This document shows, in pieces, positions 33,976-47,083 of a DNA stretch of 64,000 bases. The position numbers were made by a program, and so were the translations under genes. This DNA is from Orbicella franksi. Its lineage: Eukaryota. Location of the stretch: contig OZ116703.1 in assembly GCA_964199315.1 (NCBI GenBank), forward strand, positions 14,942,001-15,006,000. The letters run 5' to 3'. Every line of letters begins with the position of its first letter. Positions within the stretch are counted from its first letter, which is position 1. The notes beneath the pieces were generated by a model that was not told the DNA's origin, searched no databases, and saw nothing but the letters and a program-made list of their open reading frames with translations.

Positions 33976-34762
33976 TGAAATCCTGGTTGGGAAGAAGTTG
34001 AGAAAAACATAGAGTTTTCTCTCCGTCGTAAAGCTTATGACAAAGTATAAAGAGATGATATCAAGTTGGAACGCAAAGGAGTTAGCTGCTGCCGCTAATT
34101 GGTTAGTAGAGGCCCTAGTTAAAAGAAATCTTCGGTTGCCAAAGTCCGCCCTTTGTCTTCAATGATGCCAATCCATTACTTGTAGACATGTAGCGACCGT
34201 AGTTTGCTGATAGCACGATTAATTTTTTTGTGGGTATTACTTGACGTCGTTCACCCAGTAACTGCAATGAGAAAAATTTCGCAAGGGAAGGGTTAACTTT
34301 GATGAGTTCTACGTATTGAAATTTTCGTCCTCAGTCAACTGCTCAACTCAAAGGAAGGGCAACATCTTTTACCCATGCTAGCGAGATACAAAGTCCTTTA
34401 CCTCACAACAGAGAGAGTAGAAGAGAATTTCTACCTTGCATTGGAACTATATTTCATTTCCCCTTCATAAGCATCACAAAAATGCAACGTTAAGTTCCTG
34501 AAGATCAGTTGTTACAAGTAACTTATGTGCAAATCTGTTACCAAATAGTTCGTGTAAGGTTGATTTCTGACGTGCAGTCAAACTTTTCCGTATGGACACC
34601 CTTGAAAAACGTACAGATCCCTTACTGTCACAGACTGTTTACTGGATCCTGGCACAATCGCTATATATATCAGACACCTATCAAATGTTCAACAGACCCA
34701 ACAACGCCACAGCAGGTACGGAAATTGATTATCCTAATAAAGGATTGCTTAATGTTATTCAG

Positions 34763-37700
34763 GTCTCGACAGTATCAAGCAGCAGATACAGGCAGCAATA
34801 ATGAAAATAGTGAGAATTCAGAGTCAACTGAAGGGTCTAAACAAGCTGAAACACCGGAGTGGGAAAGAGCAAGGCAGGCTCTAGCCAAAGTGAACACACA
34901 AATAACCAAGTCACCAGTAAAATCCAAGACAAACAACAGCAACACTACCAATGCTGCATCCACCATTCAACAGCAAACGCTTGCTTATCAACAGTATTAT
35001 CAATATTATCAAACATGGGGTGGTTATGCTCCGTATTCATACCAATATCCTGGTTATGTACCAGCTTTTACAATGCCTCCTCCACAGGCAAATGTACCTC
35101 CAACTCAAGTAAGTGTTTTGTTAGCTTTATTCATGAACATGACATGAGAAAGCTTATGTTGACTTTACTTTGGGAAGTCAATAATTGAACCCTGAGGGAA
35201 ACACTTAAATCTTGCTGCCCCTCTCCACTCAGGTATACAAATTGGTTTACCAAACTATTAGGAAAACCTGACTAAATGTCAGGGAGTGGGAATACTTTTA
35301 GTCATTCTAGTCAAGTGCTGGTCAAATGTCTTTTTAGCTTCTCCAATTTATAGAATTGGAACAGACTTGTGTTGAGTGTGGTTCAAGTAATGCTTCTTGT
35401 TACAATGTACTTCCATCTATTAAGAAATAGACTGTACAGGTGCATGTACATTATGCAAGACTATTTCTAATGGGCATTAATGTTGTGCTGCTCTAGTAAT
35501 TTTGTTGTGATTCTGACTTCTCTGCTATGCAGACCTACCAACCATCACCACCATCAGTGCCTTCATCCACAGCCAGCTCCTTGAACTCCACTGAGAACAG
35601 TGACACTTCAGCATCTGAACAAACTAATGACAATAACTCTTTTCGTAATTATCCAACACAAAACACATATCAGTCAAGGCAGCCATGGCAAGCCAGAAAT
35701 CAGCAGCGCTCGTCATTTTCCCACCAAAATGAAAAGGTGAGATTCAACATTGTAAATGGATGATATCAAAGCATGCCAGTAAAGAAACCTTCTGACTACT
35801 GGATGTCTAGATTGTCAAGTTTATCACAACGTAAGATCTTATTAAATTTTATGGTAGTGTTATTTTCATTACATTACCGAACTCTCCAGGAACTTAATTA
35901 AGGACATATTACAAGAGATAAAAGAGAGTCTCGTAAGTTTAGTCACTTATAACCCTTTCAGAAGTATCTTTAGAAAGGGTTCACACCAACAATAACATAC
36001 ATGTAAGTGATGGTATATCACTGTTCTACAAACATTTGTACTTACCTATCAACAATATATTAACATTTAGGATAAAAATGACAGAGAACAAGAAAACAGA
36101 CCTGGGTGTGAGATGCCATCACGCCCAGTGTTTGTGCCACGGCAACAGCGCAGTTCCTATGCTGAGGCAGTTAAGCGAAATGGTGAAAACGACAACAGCA
36201 ATGACAAACAATTTTGGAAACAATCTAATCAAGCAAAGTGGAACCAAGGCTAGTAAATACTGTATTGCTTAAAGTAGTCGGGTGAAATGGAAATACCTCT
36301 TAAGAAAGCTCCATTATCAAAGTGTGCGGTACATATTTTGTAAATATTTTTGCTGTTTGGCATTACAGTTACTCGAGGTTAGGGCTCGAAATTAACTTTT
36401 TTGTTCGGGAGCCAGCTGGCGACTAACGGAAAAATTTGGTCACCAGATCATAAATTTTGGTTGCCAACTTATTTTATAAATAACTTATACAAGAACACGA
36501 TTTTATATGTTACTTTGCATGCAAGAAAAGTCACGATTGAAGAGTGAAAACAATTAGAAACAACATGAGTAACACTTAGTTATAAAGCTACCATTGTTCT
36601 CAGGTGATATGTCTCTGGCCTGAAGGTGATGGTTGTCTCCATAGTCATTTTAAATGAAGAGAAGCATAAAACGTTTTAAGTCCGTGGTTTTCATTGTGAG
36701 ACAAACACAGGTCCTTGCGTATTTTCCCTTTGTTACTTCTTCGAAATGCTGTTCTTTATTTTTGACTTGCTTTCCTTGAAGGATTCAAAGTTTGGAATAA
36801 CCTTTTGGCTGAATCTTCATTCCCCGCACATAAAAACTTGCATAATTCCTTCAACTGATTGGTATCTGCCGCCATTTTTGCGGCAAATGAAAAGCACATG
36901 GTGTTAAAGTGCGCCTGCGATCCCAGTTTCGGAAGAAGCCGTTGAAACAGTATGGCGCACCATGAACGCAGTATCGACATGTCGAAATACATTCAATCTT
37001 TTCGATTGTCTTGTAATATTCAGACATTATTTTACTGGGGACGGAAAGGTGACTTGTATACTAGCTACCATATCCGATTGATTTCCTAATATAAAGATTT
37101 AAAAACAAAAGTTGTGTTTTCTTTAGTTATCGGGCAAAACACGAGTCGCCAGCTGGCGACCAGTTCTGAAAATTTAGTCGCCAGTGCTCAATTTTTGGTC
37201 ATGTTGGCGACAAGCGAGTTGCAATTTCGAGCCCTGTAGGTTGACATTTGCATCTTCATGTACACATATGATGCTCAGCACAGTCACTATTATTATGTGC
37301 TGTAAGTTATCCTTCCAAGAAAGTTAGATAATTATCCCATCAGTCTGCATTAGATATTAGATGATAAATAATAAACAAGGTTTGTAGCCCTGAATTTATT
37401 ACACTTATTCTGTCCTATTCAACAAGATCAAATGTAGCTTTTTCTTTGGACCAAAATACTGTAAGTTGCACACATTCACCATATTACAAGTGTGTCAAAC
37501 TTGGTACACTGACCAATGTGCAAGATTCAGTGAACCAGTCAGAAAATTAGGCATGCATTATGTGAGGTTGAGAATTTAATAAGAATGCTTGTGTCTGGAT
37601 CTCCAGGTGGAAATCTGAATAACAATCATTTCTCTTCACCAAATACAAAGAAGTTCAGACCGTCATTTGAGGGAGAGAGTGGTCCTTCCCAAGATGAACG

Positions 37701-40700
37701 CTATAGCTCTTCACCACAACTGGAACCATCTAAACCAAGCAGTCCTATCTGGAGGCAGCAGCAACAGCAGAAGCAGCATCAACAGCAGGAACCTCTAAGG
37801 AAACCAAAACGAGAAAAAACGCCTCCTGAAAACGATACTCGGTTAGCTTGATCATGTTTGTGGGCTTTCACAATAATCATTCTCGTCACCTGTTCTTAGA
37901 ATGTTTGTTGTTTTTTTCCCAGGGATGATAACTCACTGTCAGCCCAAGAGTGGCCACCTAGTTTGAGGTACATTTTCCATGTTATGTCTGTTATATTACC
38001 ATCATTTTAAAACCCTGATGCCATTTAGGACAAAGGTTGTTTGTTCCAGGACAGCCACAGAGTTTTGAAGTAGGCGCCCTTATTGTTGGAGTTGGTGGCT
38101 GATTTTGCCATATTTTGTGAAGCATTAGAAGGATAGCTAAACAGAGTGGTCAGCTGAGATCATGAAGTAGACCACCTCTTCAGGCAACCCTATAGTTGGA
38201 TCCCTGTTCAAGATGAAAGCCCAAATGTCACACAATTTCATGTTTTAGTTGGTTAAAAATAGGCCATTTCCCAGTTGGCTTGTGCCTCTGTTTCAAAATG
38301 AGTTCTTGTGTAAAACCTTTCATATGAAAATGAGTTTGATCTACCTGAAAATGAACCTGTAGGCAGAGCTCATTTTCAAATGGATGGTTCCCCACAAAGA
38401 ATTGTTTTGACACAGGCAAAAAGGAAACTAGGGAATGGTCTATTTCATTTCTTCATTTAAAATGTCTACTTATTGATGCTATTTGTGGACACTACCAAAA
38501 CTGAAAAGCTAATCCCAGTACAAGCATGCCAATGATATGTTTAGCCATATAATATTAGAAAGTCTAAAACTGCACCCCTCCACCCAAGTCCTGGCTGTCC
38601 ATTAAACCTTTGTTGTTTTATTTTGTAAGTTAGTTCACAACTTAATGAGAATTGTTTTTGTTGAAGAGTATTCAGCTGATCTCTTTCATGCATGATAACT
38701 TCTTGAAAAATGATTATAACTGGTTATTGATATGCTCTAGACTTTTTTTTCAATGCAAACTAAGTGTGTTGTCATCAATCTCTTTTTCATCTTTGTGTTT
38801 CTTTCATTTAGGGAGTATGTCCAGAGAGCATTTGAAAAGTGTGAAACAGAGACTGATAAGGATCAAACAGAGCAGTTTCTAAAAAATATGCTGACTACAG
38901 CATTTAAAGATGGCACTGCCTGGGTGATTGACTGGGACAAAGAACCCTTACCTAGGTAAGAAATCCTATAAATGAGCATTGTTTGTTGTTGTGGTTTCAT
39001 ACATGTGGCCTTCAATTTTCTTTTAGTCCCAAGGTGGGAAATATTGATTGAATCTCTTTATGATTGCAATCAGGGATAAAATTGCTTAGCTTTGTTCCTT
39101 CATGTCGTTGTGTCCTCCAAGTGTCTTGGGGATTTCACTGAGGGCTTTGTGAAATAAGAAACTTTATATAAGGAGCTGAAAAAGTTATTTTCAAAAAAAC
39201 AGGTGTACTTGTATTTGATTAAATTTTCTTATGAACCAATAATAGCTTCAAGAGATCACCCCAAGAGGATAAAAAGCTGCCCAGATGGCATCCGTCGAGG
39301 AGGAGATCTCCCCCACCAACTCGTAGGAGAAAAGAAAGAAGCAGAAGTCGGTCACGTTCCAGAAGTCGCAGTAGGAGTAGAAGCAGAAGTGTGAGTCCTG
39401 AGAATAAGACAAGGACAAAGGCATTTGATCCTAAACGACTGGGAAAGAAATCTCCTAAACCAAAGAGTAAAGGAGGAAAAACTCAGAAGGGAAAAAAGAA
39501 TGCTAAAGGGTGAGGAACATTTGTACCCCGTTGCTGTCTGTTAGTACATGTACATGTATCTAGACTTAAGAGGATGAAGGTCATTTTCTGTTAACTTAAA
39601 TTTTGGTTTCTGCAGGTCACAAATAGCATATACTGTGAATGTTGATCCAGAGGCACAAGAAAAAATACAGAAACGTGCAGAGAGATTCAAGTCATCTTTA
39701 ATGCCCCAGCGGTCAGCAGCAACTAGTATTTTAAACAGTATTCATGCCATGGTAAGAATCACTACATTTTGAATGTTTGCTCTTTCATGACTCTACTTTT
39801 ACCCGTTTTTAGTAGGGCTTCTTTTTCTGAATTATTTGTTATTATTTTTTTGCAGTCATTTGGTGAAGATGGGGAAGAAATGGACTGGAGTAAATACCAT
39901 GTGGTTGGGACCTGTGAAGACTTAGAAAAGCCTTATCTTAGGCTTACTTCAGTAAGTTCTACTACATGTAAACTTAAAACACATGTTGTCAATACTTGTA
40001 TTTAACCCATTTTGTTTGCTCTCCAGTGAGTGAAATTTGACTGGCAAAAAATGCTAGTGCCATTGCGAATCACACTCACTTAAGTAATTTTGTTGACAGG
40101 CACCGGACCCTTCAACTGTTCGTCCTGTGGAAGTACTACGCAAGTCTATGGAAAACATCAAAAACCGTTGGAAAGAAACTCAAGACTATGCTTATGTTTG
40201 TGAGCAGCTTAAGTCTGTTCGTCAAGATCTTACGGTAAGTAAATTTCAGATTTGTTCCAGTAAGTGCAGTTTACATGTCTAGTGGTCTGTTTGTTGTGCA
40301 GAAAAGAAATAATGTTATTGTTCTTAAGAGTATTGAGATCTGCAATGCATCAGTGTTCTTTTTTTCCAACAGTAATTTTCAATTTGATTGATCTTTCAAT
40401 CAAATTGAAAGAGCAAACAGTGATTGAATTTAGTTTTGTAATCATTAATTTCGTCAAGGTGCAAGGAATTAGGGATTCATTTACAGTTCAAGTCTATGAG
40501 ACTCATGCTAGGATAGCCTTAGAGAAGGTAAGAATACATATTTATAAATAATCTACTCTTTTGTTGGTTGAGCAGTATAATATTACATGCAACAGGTGTG
40601 CAATTTCTAGGCTGTGCTGTAGAAGTGCTTGGGTGCCACAGACGACTAACTTTTGCCTTTGGGCAACTGGAAAAACTTACTCTTTTCATATAAGCTTAAG

Positions 40701-43218
40701 GTGGCTCCCTATAGTTTTATGATCGCACGAGCGCTGAGGAAGTAATCTGCGTGCGCTCAAAAGAAAACATCAGTGTTTTTCGATATTTTATTATGTCAAC
40801 ATGAGCACAAAAAGCAAAACTGACAGTGAATTTTCTCACGTTTCCTTTGGTGAAATTCCGTAAAATTTGGCAGATTGGTAGTGAATATTTTACTTTAGTC
40901 AGACCTCATTTTTCAGGGGAATCTATAAGACCAGATTTTTTGCAGCGGTAAAAGACAAAAATTTGAAAATATAAAAAAAAACTGCCTTTACAAACCCTAC
41001 TTTTTTGTGTTTAAACTTCGTATCCCGCTGGAAGCGATATGATGTAAAAATTTTGGAAGATTTCACCGAAGGAAATTCATGAAAATCACAAATAAAGCCA
41101 TAAAAACAGTAAAAAACACATTTGTTTGGGCATTTATAATTTAAGACTAAATCCCAAAATTTTAACAGAGATGATAGCAAAACACTATTTAATCATTGCT
41201 TATTACATGTAATAAGTTTGAGAGGACTACATGTAGGTGTGAAAGCAAACATAACATAACACTTCCACATGCAACGCAATAAATGATTACCCTATGGAGC
41301 CACCTTAAGTGCTGGGCACCCAACATTTCATGGTTAGGAACCTTTGCTCTCCTTGTAATTTTTCTTAGACCACAGCCTTGAATTTGGAGAGTGGCAGTCT
41401 AGAGTTCTTTACTGAATTTGTTGTTCACCAAGGAGAGAGAATGATTTTGTGTTATTGAGTGCTCACGATTTTCTTTATCCACAAGTAATTGACAGGACTA
41501 AAACATACTTTGCATGGATGCAAGGAGAGTATTGTTCAATTTCTGATCAAGACTTATCAGAATGGTGAAAAGCAAGTCACATGAAAGAGAAGAACTTCAC
41601 GCAATCTTTCAGTTTGGCTTAGAATTTTCACGAGGCCAAACATCAATAATAAAACGTGTTTTGCTGCAGAAATGTGTCTAATTTGATAACACTGGGCATT
41701 TTGTGAGTTTGTCAAACAACAGAATTTGATGCAGTATTTTAGCATTTTGATGCTGTATTTTAGTTTGGAAGCACCGTTTGTGTAAGAAACTTCTAATTTT
41801 GGCATTTTTATTCTGTAATTTATTTTGGAAGCACCTCGTTTGTAAATAAGCTTCTAATTTTGGGCAGATTTTAACCAGAGGGTCATGTTCCACTCTACAG
41901 GGAGACCGTGAAGAGTTCAACCAGTGCCAGACACAGCTGAAAGCCCTGTATGCTGAGAACTTGCCGGGAAATATTTTAGAATTCACTGCGTATAGACTAC
42001 TGTACTACATACTCACCAAAAACACCTTGGGTATCCTTGATTTTATTTTGCTGTTGTATTATTAGTCTGTGCACAGCGTTTCTTTTCATCTTAGTTGTAA
42101 GCGAGTGAGTGAAGTAAGCACAAAAGATTGATCACGTAGTGTTAACTTACCTCCCACCTCCTGATGTTTGTACTTGTTCAGTCTCCGGTGGTTTCTATTT
42201 TGCTCTTGACCTTCATGATGTTGGAGAAAACAGATGGTCTAAACAGTTTAGTGAGTGCATTTCTCCATTGAGTAGTCAGTAGGCTTGTCATTTAAAATCA
42301 AGAGTGTTGGCACATGTGGTTACAGAAATGGTTGTTTCTTCAAAGAAAATTATGGTAGACATGTATATTTTGATTAAGATAATATTAAGCTTTTACTAGT
42401 AATTTTATCAGCAGTTTAATAGTGTAGTTGTCCCTTGACTGTAGATCAGATCTGACCACTGCTTTAGCACGTTTAACCAAAGACGAGAAGGAAAATCCGG
42501 CAATAAGACATGCATTGTTAATACGCTCAGCTTGGGCTCTGTCTAATTATCACACTTTTTTCCAGCTCTACTTGAGTGCACCCAACATGTCAGGCTATCT
42601 TTTAGATCTCTTTGTACAGCGTGAAAGAGTCCAAGCCCTGAAGACCATGGTTAAATCGTGGGTTGTTTTTGTTCTTCTTTACTGGGACTTTGACGATCTG
42701 TTCATTTGCCTCACTTTGTGGAAAAATTTTAGAAGCACAGTGTTTGCTAAGTGCGTTCAGTGCCGTGGTGTAATTGATCATTTTGCCGATGGCAGTTATT
42801 GAGTATTAGATAAAGCTGAGAGGAAATGAGCCGATCGTCAAAATTATGTCCCAGATTGTAAGAGCGGTTTTCCTGGACTGTGCACCTATAGAATATTTTT
42901 CCTTTGTCTCAGAATGGCAGTTTTGTTTACTTTGATGAAAAGTGTTTATTACTTTTCTGATGCCGCTCCTTGGCAGAAAAATATGTTATGCGCAAAACTG
43001 ATCCTTTGTTTTTCCCCCCTTCTTGTCATTGGAAAACCGCTCTTTGCCATAAATGATTGTTCTTCATATTCTTTCGTTTTTCTCCTTGGCTTTCCTTTCC
43101 CCCTTTCCCCTTTCCTTCTTGTGACTAGGTTTTACCTCGAAGGCTTTGTTACTATCTTTAGGCAAACCCGCTCACTCCGTATTCAAATGCTAATGGTAGT
43201 GTTGTATTATTTGTTTAT

Positions 43219-43259
<41 letters not shown>

Positions 43260-43852
43260 GTTTGGTTGTTTGTGTGTTTGGGGTGTTTGAAGGGTAACAT
43301 GTAGCACTACAGTTGCACTTTAGTTTCAACATGTGAGATTTCTCAGTTTAACCATGTTGGTGTATGATAGGTTTCACCTTGGTCATGGAATTTCAGTTTT
43401 TTAGATGTAGGCCTGGAAATCACGGGATATTTAAGCTGTAGAAAATTATGCTGTTTCCATAGAGGTGCTATGATGGTCACAAACGAGTGTTCCTGATCTG
43501 GTTCATTTCACGTGCAAATTTCCAGGTCTATGTAGCCGTAAGAAATCGTGAAAAAATTCTTAAAGATGTGTAAATTTACACTTACCAGTTTTTTGTATTA
43601 TGACGTTCTAACTTGTTGTTATTTTGCTTTCTTTCCGTTTTTCTCTGTCCTGCCCCTGTGTACCTCTTCCTGCTGTGCTGTTTGTGCCGTAGGTACCGCC
43701 CCTCAGTAGCTGTCTCCTTCGTTGAATCCGAGTTAGGTTTCACTGAAGATGAGCAGTGTCTGAAGTTCTTACAAGATCTAGGCGTTGTCTTCACCGCAGA
43801 TGGAAGCAAGATCGACTGTAAGCAGTCCCAAGGAGTCGTCGGCGCCAGCTGA
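34763..43852 (+). CDS. LENG8: Leukocyte receptor cluster member 8 homolog (THP3/SAC3-GANP PCI domain, RS region); start codon exon unresolved
   Basis: Exons 34763-35108, 35533-35736, 36071-36248, 37607-37841, 37923-37967, 38812-38955, 39246-39509, 39616-39751, 39856-39951, 40100-40234, 40459-40527, 41901-42030, 42450-42657 and 43693-43852. Motifs [95 protein letters not shown]. Confidence 0.93.
36380..37236. mobile_element. hAT-like internal deletion derivative in a LENG8 intron
   Basis: TIR (T/C)AGGGCTCGAAATT at both ends and subterminal GCTGGCGAC/GTCGCCAG motifs. No clean 8-bp TSD. Confidence 0.7.
40700..41304. mobile_element. Kolobok-type non-autonomous element in a LENG8 intron
   Basis: TTAA|GGTGGCTCC...GGAGCCACC|TTAA. 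TTAA TSD with purine-purine termini fits Kolobok rather than piggyBac (CCY). Confidence 0.8.
42031..42449 (+). other. U12-type (minor spliceosome) GT-AG intron in LENG8
   Basis: Donor GTATCCTTGA. Branch TCCCTTGAC (42431-42439) with its A 11 nt before the AG. No polypyrimidine tract. Frame is preserved only with the AG at 42448-42449. Confidence 0.85.
43221..43256. repeat. (TGTC)9 microsatellite
   Basis: Counted directly. Confidence 0.95.
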
Positions 43853-46800
43853 ACAGACCCGTCCCGTCCCGGGCCCCCTTGTTTCGACCCGACAAGTCGT
43901 CGATTAGTTAGGAAATATCAATTAACTTTCAGTTAAGCGAATATGCAGTAGGCTTTGCCTTCGATTAGGCCCACTTCATATTTGCTACTAGGTGTTTGCT
44001 GGCCTGGTCAAGTCAAGAGATATGTTTAGGTTGTCTGTTTTAATTCATTTGTAAATACTAGAAGAACTATCGTAGAACTCGCGTCGACTTTTGCGAGTAT
44101 AACATCAGCCGTAAGTATTGTACTGTAGTAGTAGTATTAAACTGCTTTGCAAGTGTGTAGCGGTTGTGCGAGAAGATGAAGTGCCGTATGTGGACGCTGC
44201 TGATGTTGCTGATCCTGACTACACTCCTTTGTCAGCCTTTCTCTCTTGCAGGCCACAACAAGCAAGATTTCAAGCCTTATTCCTCAAGATGGCCGACCGG
44301 TCTGTATACCAAGTACAAGAAAAAGATTGTGTATTTATAATATTTGATAAATAAATAAATGGGAGATTTTATGTATTGGCTGCGTTTTGTGACTAATTCA
44401 TTACGTGCTATTAACCAATTGATAGTTATATCTTGTAGTTTTCGTCAACTTCCGTGAAGTTCCTTTGTTAAATGTGCCCATTCTTCATAGCACTTTTTTT
44501 TTCATTACCCAAAACTTTAGTGCCTAATTTAACACTGATCAAAATCTAATTTCCATTTCCAATATCTACTCACTGTTAGCAAACAGGTGAGGAGAATAAA
44601 AGATATCGCCAGTTAGCGTAAATCGTCTCCAATTGAGCGAACAGTATCTTCGAGGTATCTGCTGCTTCAGTGTTAGGGCCATCTGCAGCGACTCAGTACC
44701 TCGGCAGTCGCTGAATAATAGTGTCTCAACAACTTTTGTTCCTGTTAAAACTACGAGCAGGGACAAACGTTTTTGAGACACTGCCCGAAAACAAACCTCT
44801 CTTCCAGCGTAATTGGAAATTTGAAGCGTTATTTGCAGTCCGCACATTTCGCGCTCTTCGCCACTCTTCCAATGTTGTAAACTCGTGACAGCGTCGACAG
44901 CGTGTTTGAACGTTTATTGGGAGTGGCGATTACTGTTTTCGCTATTATGTCAAGAACGGATTTCTGTTCAACAACGTTCAGAACGTACCATGATAATATC
45001 AAAAGTATCGCAATACGGCAAAACTGACTGAATTTTCTCGCGTTACCTTCAGTCAATTTTTTTAAAATTTGGTTCAGTTGTAACATACAATTCCTATAAA
45101 ATACCCTGTTTTTGTTAAAATCTGTTAGAGCTAATATATTATATTTAGAAGAATTACAAATCACAGAATATTGGAAAAATCGTCTGAATAACCATGACTT
45201 TACCAATTCAAAATGTCAGGCAACATTTCCATGATGTGGCAAAGTATGAAAGAATTTCAGCGAAGGAAAGTATAAATATTAAGGAGTTTAGGCCAAAATG
45301 AGGAATATATCTGCCTCTTATTAGATGAGATGTTGCCATGGTAACGGCCTTAATCCGAAAATTGACAACCAGAAACGAAGCCTTATTTTAACAGTGCCCA
45401 TACTGGTAAATCTCTACAGGGAAAACTTAGAGAGAATTGAAGTTTCCTGTTCTAACTCACGCTCTATAGGGAAGGTGCTCGTTGATACTCTAGGGAGCCA
45501 CCTTAATTTGCAGCAAGAAAAGCAGCGTCGTGTCCAAGAATACTTTAAATGAGTGAAATGTCCATTTGGCTACCCGATCCCTCAACACATTGCAATGGTC
45601 TTTACATTGGCACAACGAATAAACAAACTACACCTTGCCCACAACAGTATAGTAAAATCTAAAATGATATTTTTTGCCTTCTTACAAGGCTAAAAATGTA
45701 ACAAATTAGTTGTAAAAGCTCAAGCAAACATGGACGAGGGTTTTACACGCGCCGGATTTATTTTGAGCGTAATAGGCAAAACAATTGAGCGGGAACTGGC
45801 TGACTGTTATGGGCTTTGGGCAGGCCAAGAGGAATCTGGGCACCAGTCGTCTGACTACACAACTCAAGCCAACAGCGTCAGCCCTCTTCTGCTGCATCAG
45901 AGTGAGTTTTCTGTGTGATTTGGCCACTAGAAAACCAATTTTGCAATCATGACCGAGCTAAAGCAATTGACGATTGCATTAAGGCGTTGTTCCTGTTTCG
46001 TTATAATGAGCGTTAAGGGTAAATATTAGCCGTTTTCCTTTTTTTATGTGAGCATACTGAAGCATAATAGTGACGCCTTTCGAGCATAATGGTAAGATTT
46101 TTTGGAGCATAGAGCATTAGCATAATAGTGAAACACTCAATCACGGAGAATATTCTACTAGTATACCAACGTAAATGCTGCCTTGTGATTGGCTGAGCTT
46201 CGTGTAGATCATCAGACTGGATATCGCCTACAAAAGGGCAGTTTTTTCTCTTTTCTCCAATGTTTCGAGAAAGATTTAGAAATATCACTGGATATTTCAA
46301 TTCCCAAGATCACTCAAGAGAGGAAATTGACCGTCATGAGACGTAAAATTAAATCGTGAAACTAAGCTGATTGACAGTGTAAATTAAAGGTAAGGTAAAA
46401 GAAAATAATGAAATAGCATAATAACAGCAAATTAGCTAATACTTTTCTTCACGGATGCCTTAAGACCATCAGGATTAATAGTTCTGCCTATTTAAAATCA
46501 TAAAAAGCTCCCTGGCATTGAGTCTTGGTTGGAAAAGATTTTAAAGTCATCAACTATATCCTCTTGGAAATCGAGAGGGGATAATCTAATTATGAAGTAG
46601 AGCCTTATGCACAGCCATCACACCACTACGTTTCTGGCGGAATGTTCGGAATGTGTTGCAGTTGACCAAAAACTCGACCTGCGTTTGCCAAAGTTGACCT
46701 GACAAGCGTTCCTCGTCACAGATTTCTGAACCCTTGTGTTTTGTCCTCAAAATCGCCGGTCAACATGTTTTCTGACTGCACCTTGACATTGGTCCGACAA

Positions 46801-46899
46801 GTTTTCGGAGTACAAATGAGCATCGCGCTGGTTTTTATTGCATAAAACTCGGAAACTATTCGAGAAGAGTTAAAAATAACAACAAGGTTGTTTGAACGA

Positions 46900-47083
46900 C
46901 AGGGGCGTAGCCAGGATTTTTCAAAGGGGGGGGGGGGGGTCACACTGTATCAAAGTGAGAGTACTCACCAGATTGTCATGTGGTTTTAGCCACCTGTTGC
47001 AGGTTGTTTGCTTAAAAAAGGCTTACAAAATCGGGGGTGGGGGGTGTCACGGGCAACCCAGGACCCCCTTAGCTACGCTTCTG
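46900..47083. mobile_element. hAT-like MITE
   Basis: CAGGGGCGTAGC...GCTACGCTTCTG termini. No clear TSD. Confidence 0.6.

Noticed and set aside
33828-34762. ATGGCGGAGACC (33828) or ORF 34509 as the LENG8 start
   Set aside because: No donor of the required phase 2 could be linked to the 34763 acceptor, so the start exon is left unresolved.
42914-43297. 127-aa hydrophobic ORF
   Set aside because: Lies in a T-rich LENG8 intron and includes the (TGTC)n microsatellite; compositional artefact.
44118-46300. Several 60-125 aa ORFs downstream of LENG8
   Set aside because: No recognisable domains and no coherent exon chain. A lncRNA or decayed gene cannot be excluded.
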